Notes under the pieces: generated by a model
Database searches by the model: none
The model's input: the letters and a program-made list of their open reading frames with translations, nothing else
What the model was told of the DNA's origin: nothing
Source: Candidatus Anoxychlamydiales bacterium
Lineage (GTDB): Bacteria > Chlamydiota > Chlamydiia > Chlamydiales > SM23-39
Assembly: GCA_011064745.1 (NCBI GenBank)
Contig: JAAKFJ010000001.1
Coordinates: forward strand, 1-41,005
Length of the DNA: 41,005 nt
Direction: 5' to 3'
Made by a program: the position numbers and the translations under genes
Shown: one piece after another, positions 7,673 through 16,461 of the stretch
Position numbering within the stretch: position 1 is the first letter of the stretch
How the letters are laid out: each line of letters starts with the position of its first letter

Positions 7673-10159
7673 ATGTCGATTGACTTTAATAAAGAACCTT
7701 TTTTTTCTAGGTCTGTAAGTCCTCTTTTCTCAACCCCTCCGAGTTCAAGTGAACTACTGCCAGGAAACAGTGAGGAATCTTGGTCTGAAAGCCCTATTTT
7801 CTCAAGGGCACCAAGCCCAAGTGAATTTATCCTTTCAGAAGGTTACATTTCAAATGAACCTCTTAAAAGTCCAACATACTATAAAGTAAATGAAATGCTC
7901 AAAAATGGGTGTAGATATTTGGATGTCTATGAAACTGAGTTAAAGTGTCCCAAACCAACACATTATGTAAAAAAACGCTGCGAGATGAATCAGGCCTTTA
8001 GAAAAATAAGAGAAAAAGAAACTTTTTTTGGACAAGGAACTTGGAGGGGTAATTATAAAGATGGATTTGTTTATGCAGACAATTTTGAGATCCAAAAAGA
8101 GTATTATAATATACTTGAAACGATTGCTCGCATAAAAAAGACTTATCCAGATGAAGATAGTAGTTTGATAAATTCAATTCTGCAAAAAGAAATTTTACAA
8201 AAAAATAGAGATGGAAAAACGCCACTACACTTAGCTGCAGAGTTAGGTGATACAAAAGCAATTGTTCAAATGCTTGATTTTCTAACTAACAAAGATATAG
8301 AGACGGGCCTTCAAAGAAAAGATAATCTAGGTCAAACTCCTTTCCATTTAGCTATGCTACATAGCAAAGGGGGCTCAACTTTAAGAGCGCTTTTAGACGC
8401 TCTAAAAGAGGATAAAAGAGCTACCCCTCTTTTAGTTTATGATGAGTATGGCAAAACAGCTCTTCATTATCTATCAGATTCTCAGCAATTAATGTTAGAT
8501 CCTCAAAACTATATGAGCAGAAAATTAACAGCTATTTTTCAAAAAATTCGAAATCCATTAGATAGATATGATTTATTAGAAGCTATGGATAAAAAAGGCA
8601 GAACTCCTCTTCACTATGCTGCAATGGGAGTTGATACAGGGGTGTTAAAAACGATGATTGATATTACGTCTGATGAAAACTTATATCAAATAGATAATGA
8701 GGGAAAAACCTTTTTTCATTACATGCTAATAGGAAAAAGACTTTTTTCGCTTGAGCCACAAGTTTATTCAAATAATTTAGCTGATCCTGCAAATCCTACT
8801 AATATTTTATCAAAGAGAGACGATGAGTTTCTTAAAAATATTGAAAATCTTCTATCACGAATAAAAGCAATCTCAGAGAATGAGCTTATAAGATTTATAA
8901 ATATTCAAGATAAAGATGGAAAAACAGCTCTTTACTATGCAGCGAGTTCTCACTATGGAATAAGACCTTTTTTAGATTGTTTAAAAAAAGTTTTGCCTTC
9001 TTATAAAAAAACAGTTTGTTTGACAAGCTTTATCGATGAGGTAGATACCTTATTTCATTTCCTTGCTAGACAAAAGCACCTTACACGATTTTTTGAGGTT
9101 CTAAAACTATTATCAGATGATGATAGAGAATATTTAATAATGATGCCTAATTTAAGAGGTGAGACGATATTTGATATATTGATAGAAAGAGGGTTTGAAA
9201 AAAGTTACTATACTGGTAAAAAAAGACCTAATATTTGGTGCGCCAATACCAGGATTGAGGTGATAGCTAAAATTCTGAAATTATGTCCTAAAGAAAAAAG
9301 AGCAAAAATTAGTCAAAGACTATTTGAGAAAAATGGAACAATTCCGACTGGTAAAGGTGATGAGTATTTTTTTTCTGCTGAAAGTAGATTCGATGTTATA
9401 GCAATAATTTTAAGATTATTTTCCGAAGAGAATAGAGTCAAAATAGCTACAAGATTTGATAAGAGAGGGGAAACTCTTTTTCACAGGGCCTCTTATAATA
9501 CTGATCCAAAGGCTTTATCAACTCTTTTAGAAGTAATTCATCCCAAAGATCGAGCTTATTGTTTGAAAATACAAGAAGAAGCAAAAAAAAATACTCCTTT
9601 GCATTATGCCGCTGGGATACAAGAGGCAGAACAGATACTCAATAACGTACTGATGATGGTTCCTGAAGATGATAGAGCTTATTGTGTAGCTATGCAAAAT
9701 GAAAAAGAAGAGGATGTTTTATTTTTACTATTACATCATCCTACAGATGCTAGTCTAGCTTTGATAGTGCCTGATATTATACAATTATTACCAGAAGATG
9801 AAAGAGTTCCACTGCTAACAAGAAAAGATTCACATGAGGAGTCCCTCATTCATGATATTGCTTATCAAGAAGATCCAAATGTGTTATTTAATACTCTAAA
9901 CGCTTTATCAAAAAAAGAGGTAGCTTCTTGTTTAAAGTTTCAGGATAAATATTTAAATACACCACTTCATTTGCTTGCTAAAAATGGTGATTTTCAATCA
10001 ATTTTATCATCTTTAAAATTTATAGATCGAGAAGATCGGCTTTCTTGTTTTCGCATAACTAATAATAAAAATGACAATATGTTTTCTTATGAGCTAAAAT
10101 ATAACTGTCCACAAGAAATTCAAAAAGAGATATATAAATTACTTTATATATATGCTTAA
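7673..10159 (+). CDS. Large ankyrin-like repeat protein with a Ser/Pro-rich disordered N-terminus (candidate secreted effector)
   Basis: One canonical ANK unit 'DGKTPLHLAAELGDTKAIVQMLDFL'. About 13 further 'G-x-T-P/A/L-L/F-H-x-x-A'-type units follow (QTPFHLAM, KTALHYLS, RTPLHYAA, KTFFHYML, KTALYYAA, NTPLHYAA, NTPLHLLA and others). No signal peptide. The N-terminal 60 aa are S/P-rich. Confidence 0.85.
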   Translation: MSIDFNKEPFFSRSVSPLFSTPPSSSELLPGNSEESWSESPIFSRAPSPSEFILSEGYISNEPLKSPTYYKVNEMLKNGCRYLDVYETELKCPKPTHYVKKRCEMNQAFRKIREKETFFGQGTWRGNYKDGFVYADNFEIQKEYYNILETIARIKKTYPDEDSSLINSILQKEILQKNRDGKTPLHLAAELGDTKAIVQMLDFLTNKDIETGLQRKDNLGQTPFHLAMLHSKGGSTLRALLDALKEDKRATPLLVYDEYGKTALHYLSDSQQLMLDPQNYMSRKLTAIFQKIRNPLDRYDLLEAMDKKGRTPLHYAAMGVDTGVLKTMIDITSDENLYQIDNEGKTFFHYMLIGKRLFSLEPQVYSNNLADPANPTNILSKRDDEFLKNIENLLSRIKAISENELIRFINIQDKDGKTALYYAASSHYGIRPFLDCLKKVLPSYKKTVCLTSFIDEVDTLFHFLARQKHLTRFFEVLKLLSDDDREYLIMMPNLRGETIFDILIERGFEKSYYTGKKRPNIWCANTRIEVIAKILKLCPKEKRAKISQRLFEKNGTIPTGKGDEYFFSAESRFDVIAIILRLFSEENRVKIATRFDKRGETLFHRASYNTDPKALSTLLEVIHPKDRAYCLKIQEEAKKNTPLHYAAGIQEAEQILNNVLMMVPEDDRAYCVAMQNEKEEDVLFLLLHHPTDASLALIVPDIIQLLPEDERVPLLTRKDSHEESLIHDIAYQEDPNVLFNTLNALSKKEVASCLKFQDKYLNTPLHLLAKNGDFQSILSSLKFIDREDRLSCFRITNNKNDNMFSYELKYNCPQEIQKEIYKLLYIYA

Positions 10160-10331
10160 ACTTAGATTTTTAATAAGCAATATTCTGGATTTTTCCTTGC
10201 ATTTTTGAGCAGCTCAATTATAGAATCAAATATGAAAGGAAATAATAAAAAAGTTTTACTTTTAAAGAGATGATTTTTTAGATTACTATCTTTTTTTCAA
10301 AAGTATATTTTTTTCATAAAAGGATCGCATT

Positions 10332-11861
10332 ATGAATGAAAATTTGGCTCAAAAACAAGATTCAATAGATTCAGAATTTATTAAGAAATTACGAGTTATT
10401 TCATCATCTGAGGAAAAAATAAAGTTTTCTCTAGATGAAATGAAAGTTGCGATATCTAACGATCAGAAACCTGATTTTAAGACTTTTTGGGAAATAAAAA
10501 ATATTTGTCTAACACTTTTTAAAGAACCGATTAGTGCAAGCTCAAGGGTTGAATATTGGAAAGAGTATATTGTTCTTTCAAATGAGATTAAAAGTCTTAA
10601 ATATATGTTAAATGAACAAACCTCCTTTGAAGTAGAACAAATTGATTTAGCTATTCAAGCTATTGAAGAAGAGATGGAAAAATATGATGTTGTTATGCAA
10701 GCAATCAAAGATATTGAAATTGATAATAAGATAAGGATGTTTTTCACAAATCAAGACTTTTATTTCAAGACTCAAAAAGAGCTCAATTTGTTAAATAGTT
10801 TTGCAGCTAGAGTAAATTCTCTTAGAAAAGAGATTATCAAAATTCATATGCGCATTAGTTTAAAAAACAAATTATTAAAAAGACTAACAATAATTGGCGA
10901 TGTTGTTTTTCCTAAAAGAAAACAATTTATCGATCAGATAAGCGATGAGTTCACTAAATTAATAGATTGCTTTATGAGTAAAACTTTTGATCTACATAGA
11001 CAACCTTTTTTTGTTTTAAAAGAACAAATCAAGAGTTTTCAAAATATTGCTAAAAAATTTACTTTAAATACTGAGTCTTTTACTAATTGTAGATTGAAGC
11101 TAAGCGAGTGTTGGGATAAGGTAAAGATTGCTGAGAAAAGTTATAAAAAAGAAAAGCAAAAATCAAAAGAAAGTGTCAATCAAATCATGAAAAAGATTCA
11201 TAATTTAAAAAGTATTTGTGAAAAAGATCCTAATGTGAGTGTTATTGAAAAGGAAGAGAGTGAAATTTTTAATTTGATCAAAAGCTTGGAGCTAAGAAAA
11301 GAAGACATCAAATTTTTAAAGCATAAAATTAGAGAAGCTAAAGGGCCTATTTTCAAAAAAGAAGAGATTAAAAAGATAGACAAATTAAAAACCGTAAATA
11401 ACAAAGAAGATATTAAAAAAACCAAATTAGAAAAAATAAAGCAAACTCTAACAAGCCTTTTAGAAAATAAAGATTTAAATTTTGAAGAACTTTGCCAAGA
11501 AAAAATACAAATCGAAAAAGAGATAGAAGCTATTAATCTACTCAAGTTTGAGAAGTTAATGTTAGAAAAACAGCTAAGAGAGCTAAATCATATTATCGAA
11601 GACAAAAAAGAGAATGTAAATTTAAATACTTCAGATGAACTGAAAAATATGCTTGCTATATTTGAAAATAAAAAGAAAAGAAGACTTAACGTAAAAAGTC
11701 ATGTTGATAATTTAAATAAAGAACTCTCCGGTTCAGGCTTAGATTTTGAAAAGGCCATGCTTTATAGAGATTTAATAGATTCAGAAAAACAAAGATTAGA
11801 AAAAATAGACAGTGAGATAAGTGAGCTAGAAGAAAAAATAGCTGATTTAGAGAGTAATTGA
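10332..11861 (+). CDS. Hypothetical K/E-rich coiled-coil protein (509 aa)
   Basis: Long uninterrupted ORF with an AAGGA Shine-Dalgarno 8 nt upstream. The C-terminal two thirds have heptad-like K/E/L/I composition. I recognise no catalytic motif. Confidence 0.7.
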   Translation: MNENLAQKQDSIDSEFIKKLRVISSSEEKIKFSLDEMKVAISNDQKPDFKTFWEIKNICLTLFKEPISASSRVEYWKEYIVLSNEIKSLKYMLNEQTSFEVEQIDLAIQAIEEEMEKYDVVMQAIKDIEIDNKIRMFFTNQDFYFKTQKELNLLNSFAARVNSLRKEIIKIHMRISLKNKLLKRLTIIGDVVFPKRKQFIDQISDEFTKLIDCFMSKTFDLHRQPFFVLKEQIKSFQNIAKKFTLNTESFTNCRLKLSECWDKVKIAEKSYKKEKQKSKESVNQIMKKIHNLKSICEKDPNVSVIEKEESEIFNLIKSLELRKEDIKFLKHKIREAKGPIFKKEEIKKIDKLKTVNNKEDIKKTKLEKIKQTLTSLLENKDLNFEELCQEKIQIEKEIEAINLLKFEKLMLEKQLRELNHIIEDKKENVNLNTSDELKNMLAIFENKKKRRLNVKSHVDNLNKELSGSGLDFEKAMLYRDLIDSEKQRLEKIDSEISELEEKIADLESN

Positions 11862-11862
11862 C

Positions 11863-12504
11863 GTGCAATTGAGTATTTTTGATTTAGATAGAACCCTTCT
11901 TAAAACCAATATAAGCTTTAAATTTTATCTGTATCTCTATAAGAAAAATTTTTTTAATAAAAAATCTATTTTTGAGCAGGTTTATTTTTTTATAAGATTT
12001 AAGTACTTTAATATGCCTCTAAAAAAGTTGCATGAAATAGTTTTTAAAAGATCTTTAAAAAACAAAAGTTATAAAGATCTTATAAAAAATATTGATGTTT
12101 TTTTAGATAAATATTTAGATAAACTTTTTTATCAACCAGCGATCTTAAAGTTACAAAAAGCAATTTTTGAAAAACACTACATTGCAATATTTTCAAGTTC
12201 ACCTTCTTTTTTGGTTAAGCCTATTGCCAAAATTTTAAAGGTAGATGAATATAAAGCCACAGAGTATTTACTTGATAAGGAAGATAAATTTGATGAAATT
12301 GATCTGATAATGGACGGCAATGAAAAAGCTAAGCAAGCTACTTTATTAATGAATAAATTAAAGATCTTAAAAAAAGATGTTATTGTTTACTCAGATAACA
12401 TAGATGATTTAAAACTATTTGATCTTGCCGCTAAAAAAATCGCTGTTAGACCTTGTTCAAAATTGAGCAAATTATCTAAACAAAACTCATGGGAAATCAT
12501 ATGA
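11863..12504 (+). CDS. HAD-superfamily hydrolase (subfamily IB / SerB-like phosphatase fold)
   Basis: HAD motif I 'IFDLDRTLL' at the N-terminus (supports the GTG start), motif II 'IFSSSP', a Lys in 'GNEKAK', and motif IV 'VYSDNIDD'. Confidence 0.75.
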   Translation: MQLSIFDLDRTLLKTNISFKFYLYLYKKNFFNKKSIFEQVYFFIRFKYFNMPLKKLHEIVFKRSLKNKSYKDLIKNIDVFLDKYLDKLFYQPAILKLQKAIFEKHYIAIFSSSPSFLVKPIAKILKVDEYKATEYLLDKEDKFDEIDLIMDGNEKAKQATLLMNKLKILKKDVIVYSDNIDDLKLFDLAAKKIAVRPCSKLSKLSKQNSWEII

Positions 12505-13079
12505 AAAATATAGGTTTTTTTGGTGGTAGTTTTGATCCAATTCAATTTGGCCATATCAATCTAGCAATTCAAATTAAAGAAATCTTAAAGCTGGATAAGA
12601 TTTTATTTTGCCCAACTAATATTTCACCTTTTAAGACTAAAAATCCACCCAAAGCGAGAGCTCAAGATAGATTAAAGATGTTAAAATTAGCAATTGAAGG
12701 CCTTAATGGTTTTGAAATTTGTGAAATAGAAATTCAAAGAGAGGATATCTCTTATACTATTGATACTTTAAATGAGATTAAAAGTATGGGCAATATAAGA
12801 CTCATTGTAACAGATGATGCTTTGAATAGTTTTCATCTTTGGAAAGAGTATAAACAAATTTTAAAAATAGCCACCCTTCTTGTGGGAGTTAGACTCTCTG
12901 ATATAAATCATTTTAAAAGTGAAAATTTTACTTTATCTAGTAAAAATTTTATTAAAACAAAAATCTTTGAGATCTCTTCTACAGCTATAAGAGAGAGATT
13001 AAAAAACAAAATGTATTGCTATCATCTCCTTCCAAAAGAAGTTCTAGACTACATTTATAAGCGTAAGATATACTTGTAG
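12489..13079 (+). CDS. nadD: Nicotinate-nucleotide adenylyltransferase NadD
   Basis: 'GFFGGSFDPIQFGHINLA' (the GxFxPxHxGH nucleotidyltransferase motif) and 'ISSTAIRERL'. The start could instead be the ATG at 12501. Confidence 0.88.
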   Translation: MGNHMKNIGFFGGSFDPIQFGHINLAIQIKEILKLDKILFCPTNISPFKTKNPPKARAQDRLKMLKLAIEGLNGFEICEIEIQREDISYTIDTLNEIKSMGNIRLIVTDDALNSFHLWKEYKQILKIATLLVGVRLSDINHFKSENFTLSSKNFIKTKIFEISSTAIRERLKNKMYCYHLLPKEVLDYIYKRKIYL

Positions 13080-13105
13080 ATCAATAAAAAAAACATTTAA
13101 AAAAG

Positions 13106-13468
13106 ATGGATCCTATAGAACTAATAAACATTATTGCTCAAATTATTTATGATAAAAAGGGCTTTAATATTTTAGCCTTAGACGTAAAAGGGATTTCGAG
13201 CATTACCGATTATCTAATCATTGCAGAAGGTAGTGTCGAGAGACACGTGAAGGCTATCTCAAATGAAATAATAGAAGAGTTAAAAAAGCTAAAAGAAATG
13301 CCTTTGCAAGTTGAAGGAAGAGTAGACGCTGATTGGATCGTTATCGATTATTTAAATGTAATGGTGCATCTATTTAAGCCTGAAATGCGAGAACTATATG
13401 CATTAGAGCGGTTATGGTCTGAAGGAAAAATTATCGACCTTAAAATAAAAGTTGAAAACCAAGCATAG
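13106..13468 (+). CDS. rsfS: Ribosomal silencing factor RsfS (Iojap/YbeB)
   Basis: 'ITDYLIIAEGSVERHVKAISNEI' and 'DWIVIDYLNVMVHLFKPEMRELYALERLW' are characteristic of the family. 120 aa. Confidence 0.9.
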   Translation: MDPIELINIIAQIIYDKKGFNILALDVKGISSITDYLIIAEGSVERHVKAISNEIIEELKKLKEMPLQVEGRVDADWIVIDYLNVMVHLFKPEMRELYALERLWSEGKIIDLKIKVENQA

Positions 13469-13470
13469 AT

Positions 13471-14727
13471 ATGGAGAAAAGAAGAGTTGTTATAACGGGC
13501 ATGGGTCTTGTTTCTTGCTTTGGTACGGATGTTGATACCTTTTATGAGCAACTTTTAAAGGGTTCAAGTGGTGTTAAACCTATTACAGGTTTTGATGTGA
13601 AAGAGTTCCCAACTCAAATCGCTGCGATGATTGAAGACTTTGATGTAGGCGATTATATGCAAAAGAAAATGGGGAGAAGATCTGATCCTTTTATTCGTTA
13701 TGCTATGGTTGCTGGTAAAAAGGCTTTAGAACATGCCAAAATTGATGATGAAATTTTAAAAACATTAGATTTTAAAAAATGTGGCGTTATTGTTGGTTCA
13801 GGAATGGGGGGCATGAAAAGCTTTTCCGATGGTGTTGAAACCTTGGTTACAAAAGGCTATAAAAGATTAACGCCTTTTTTTGTTCCTCTCATTATTACGA
13901 ATATGGCAAGTGCTCTCTTAGCTATCGATCTAGGCTTTCAAGGGCCTAACTATTCAATCTCTACTGCTTGTGCAACTTCTAATTACTGTATTCATGCTGC
14001 AGCAGATCAGATTAAATATTTTGGCTCTGATATAATGTTAGCTGGAGGTTCTGAAGCTCCAATGTCACCGATAGGCCTCGCAGGATTTGTTCAAGCCAAA
14101 ACTTTATCACAAAGAAATAATGAACCCACAAAAGCCTCTCGTCCTTGGGATAAAAATAGAGATGGTTTTGTAATGGGAGAAGGTTCAGCTATTTTAGTCT
14201 TAGAGAGCTTAGAGCATGCAAAGAAAAGAGGCGCTCATATCTATGCTGAATACTTAGGCGGCAGTTTAAACAATGATGCTTATCATATGACCAATCCAAG
14301 AGAAGATGGCGCTGTTGTTGCTAGATGTATGATGGATGCTATTAAAGATGCTAATTTATCAATCGAAGATATAAATTATATCAATACTCATGCAACAGCA
14401 ACTATAGTTGGTGATCTATGTGAGATTAGAGCTATCAAAAAAACTTTCGGCTCTCATACTAAGAATCTTAAAATTAATGCAACAAAATCGATGATTGGAC
14501 ACTGTCTCGGAGCTGCCGGTGGAATGGAGGCGATAGCAACTATTAAAGCTATTGAGACAAACAAGGTTCATCCAACTATTAATTTAGAGCAGCCTGAAGA
14601 AGAACTTGGGGATATTGATCCCGTTGCAAATGCTATGAAAGAACATAAAGTAACAGCAGCATTATCCTCTTCATTCGGTTTTGGTGGACATAACTCTGTT
14701 TTGGTCTTTGCCCCATATAAAGACTAA
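13471..14727 (+). CDS. fabF: 3-oxoacyl-[ACP] synthase II FabF
   Basis: 'RRVVITGMG', active-site Cys in 'STACATS', His residues in 'NTHATAT' and 'GHCLGAAG', and C-terminal 'SFGFGGHNS'. Confidence 0.95.
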   Translation: MEKRRVVITGMGLVSCFGTDVDTFYEQLLKGSSGVKPITGFDVKEFPTQIAAMIEDFDVGDYMQKKMGRRSDPFIRYAMVAGKKALEHAKIDDEILKTLDFKKCGVIVGSGMGGMKSFSDGVETLVTKGYKRLTPFFVPLIITNMASALLAIDLGFQGPNYSISTACATSNYCIHAAADQIKYFGSDIMLAGGSEAPMSPIGLAGFVQAKTLSQRNNEPTKASRPWDKNRDGFVMGEGSAILVLESLEHAKKRGAHIYAEYLGGSLNNDAYHMTNPREDGAVVARCMMDAIKDANLSIEDINYINTHATATIVGDLCEIRAIKKTFGSHTKNLKINATKSMIGHCLGAAGGMEAIATIKAIETNKVHPTINLEQPEEELGDIDPVANAMKEHKVTAALSSSFGFGGHNSVLVFAPYKD

Positions 14728-14745
14728 AAAGTATAGGCTAAATAA

Positions 14746-15165
14746 ATGAATTATGAAGAGAGTTTTGGCACAATCCCTTTAAACAAACAAAATGGTATTT
14801 GGCAAACCTATCTAGTGAAAAACAAAAGTGGTAATCATTGGGGTTTTCCGAAAGGTCATGCAAATTTATCTGAAACTCAAAAAGAAACCGCTTTAAGAGA
14901 GTTAAAAGAAGAGACCAACTTATCTGTACTTAAATTTTTATCTGAAGAACCTTTAGTGGAACAATACTCTTTTAAAAGAGATTCTAATCTAATCGCAAAA
15001 AAAGTCTATTACTATCTAGTTGAAGTGTCTTTTGCTGCAAAAATTACATCTGATGAAATCTTAGATGGAAAATGGGTAGAAATATCCAAAGCCAAAGATT
15101 TAATTACTTACGATGCATCTAAAGAAATTGCAAATCAAGTTGAAATATTTTTAGAAAAACTATAG
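14746..15165 (+). CDS. Nudix hydrolase
   Basis: Nudix box 'GFPKGHANLSETQKETALRELKEETNL' (GX5EX7REUXEEXGU pattern). It lies downstream of fabF, as in Chlamydia. Confidence 0.85.
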   Translation: MNYEESFGTIPLNKQNGIWQTYLVKNKSGNHWGFPKGHANLSETQKETALRELKEETNLSVLKFLSEEPLVEQYSFKRDSNLIAKKVYYYLVEVSFAAKITSDEILDGKWVEISKAKDLITYDASKEIANQVEIFLEKL

Positions 15166-15197
15166 TCTTTTTTTAAATCAATTTTAGGAGTTTTTAA

Positions 15198-15746
15198 ATG
15201 AACTATTCAATTACTAAAAAACTAGAAATCGATATAATTAAGGATATATGCCAAGTGCTTTTTGGCGCCTTATTCTTAGGGCTGTTTGCAAAAATTTATA
15301 TTCCTCTTTTTTTCTCACCTATACCTATAGTTTTGCAAAACTCAATTGCACTATCTTATGGATACTTTTTTGGAGCTAAAAAAGGTGCAATTTCAGTTCT
15401 ACTATTTATTGCTTTAGGTATTTTTGGTCTTCCATTTTTTGCATCTGGCAGTTTTGGCCTTCAAACACTCATGTCTGCAACAGGGGGTTATATTTTAAGT
15501 TACTTATTAGCTACGTACTTGGTGGGGATGTGTTTTCAAAAATTTAAAGAGCCAACTTCTAAAAATATCTCGTATATTATCGTATCAGGACATTTATTGG
15601 TTCTCTTTGGTGGATTTTTGTGGTTTAGCTTTTTTGTTGGAGTGAAACAAGCCTTTTTGCTTGGCGTTGTTCCTTTTATCGCTACGGATATTTTAAAATC
15701 GATTGTTATTACCAAGATGATAAAGCTAAAAAGTGATTATTTTTAA
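15198..15746 (+). CDS. bioY: BioY-family biotin transporter S-component
   Basis: 182-aa protein with about 6 TM helices and BioY-like 'LFGALFLGLFAKIYIPLFFSPIPIVLQN', 'GGYILSY' and 'VPFIATDILK'. A GGAG Shine-Dalgarno lies upstream. Confidence 0.8.
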   Translation: MNYSITKKLEIDIIKDICQVLFGALFLGLFAKIYIPLFFSPIPIVLQNSIALSYGYFFGAKKGAISVLLFIALGIFGLPFFASGSFGLQTLMSATGGYILSYLLATYLVGMCFQKFKEPTSKNISYIIVSGHLLVLFGGFLWFSFFVGVKQAFLLGVVPFIATDILKSIVITKMIKLKSDYF

Positions 15747-15749
15747 CTC

Positions 15750-16010
15750 TCAACCTCTATGTGAAGAAGGTCCTGGAATATCTTTGCCTAGGGGAGGATT
15801 ATTAGTTAAATTTTCTAACTCTCTTTCGCTTAGCTCTTTTGCGTCTTGTATGCCCTCTTCTTGACAGCGTTGGAAAGTGTCAGCTGAAGCAGAAATACCT
15901 AAATCACCAAAGATGTCAGCAAATTTTTCAGTTTTTCCTTTGGCTGTATCAAAACCAACCTGACTTGTTCTTACTGAATGAACTTGACTTCCGACTCTAA
16001 AATCACCCAT
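15750..16010 (-). CDS. Small hypothetical protein (86 aa from the internal ATG)
   Basis: The ATG at 16008-16010 (minus strand) is preceded by a perfect GGAGG (16018-22) with 7-nt spacing. The tracked GTG start at 16040 has no such signal. Hydrophilic, with no recognised domain. Confidence 0.55.
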   Translation of the reverse strand: MGDFRVGSQVHSVRTSQVGFDTAKGKTEKFADIFGDLGISASADTFQRCQEEGIQDAKELSERELENLTNNPPLGKDIPGPSSHRG

Positions 16011-16104
16011 GTTAATGCCTCCTAAAATTTTGGCTTCCACATATGTAGAGTTATAGTAAAAATTTTATAAATTTGGCAAGAAATATTTAAAAAAATTATA
16101 AAGA

Positions 16105-16299
16105 TTATGTTTTCTTATGGAACTTCTTAGAGCAGATCTTGTCTCTTTGGGCATGGATCTTTTTCAAGGAGGGATCTTTTTCAAAATCTTTGATTATAGA
16201 TATATCGCGGTTTTTTCGGGCAATTAAATTAGCCAGCTCTAGCCATTTAGAGCCATTTTGAAAAGTGGTTAAGATTGTCTTGGTTTTTTTCTCTATCAT
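16105..16299 (-). CDS. Small hypothetical basic protein (64 aa)
   Basis: ORF only. No clear Shine-Dalgarno and no recognised motif. It is on the same strand as, and upstream of, the 86-aa ORF. Confidence 0.3.
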   Translation of the reverse strand: MIEKKTKTILTTFQNGSKWLELANLIARKNRDISIIKDFEKDPSLKKIHAQRDKICSKKFHKKT

Positions 16300-16461
16300 A
16301 ATAGTTTAGCCTATTATTACTATTTAATTACTTCAAATTTAAAGATCAATTTTTTTTTAAATAGATGTCCTAAAATAGCAGTTTTTTAGTATTTTAGAGA
16401 TGTTTTAAAATCGAAAATGGTGTAAAATTGATCCAGTTAAAAAAAACATTTTAGGTTACCG

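Noticed and set aside
15751-16010. Apparent G+C elevation of the 86-aa ORF as a sign of horizontal transfer.
   Set aside because: My hand count gives 103 G+C in 260 nt (about 40%). Two neighbouring 60-nt rows that I counted in bioY and the 64-aa ORF give about 35-37%. The difference is too small and the sample too short to support a claim of foreign origin.
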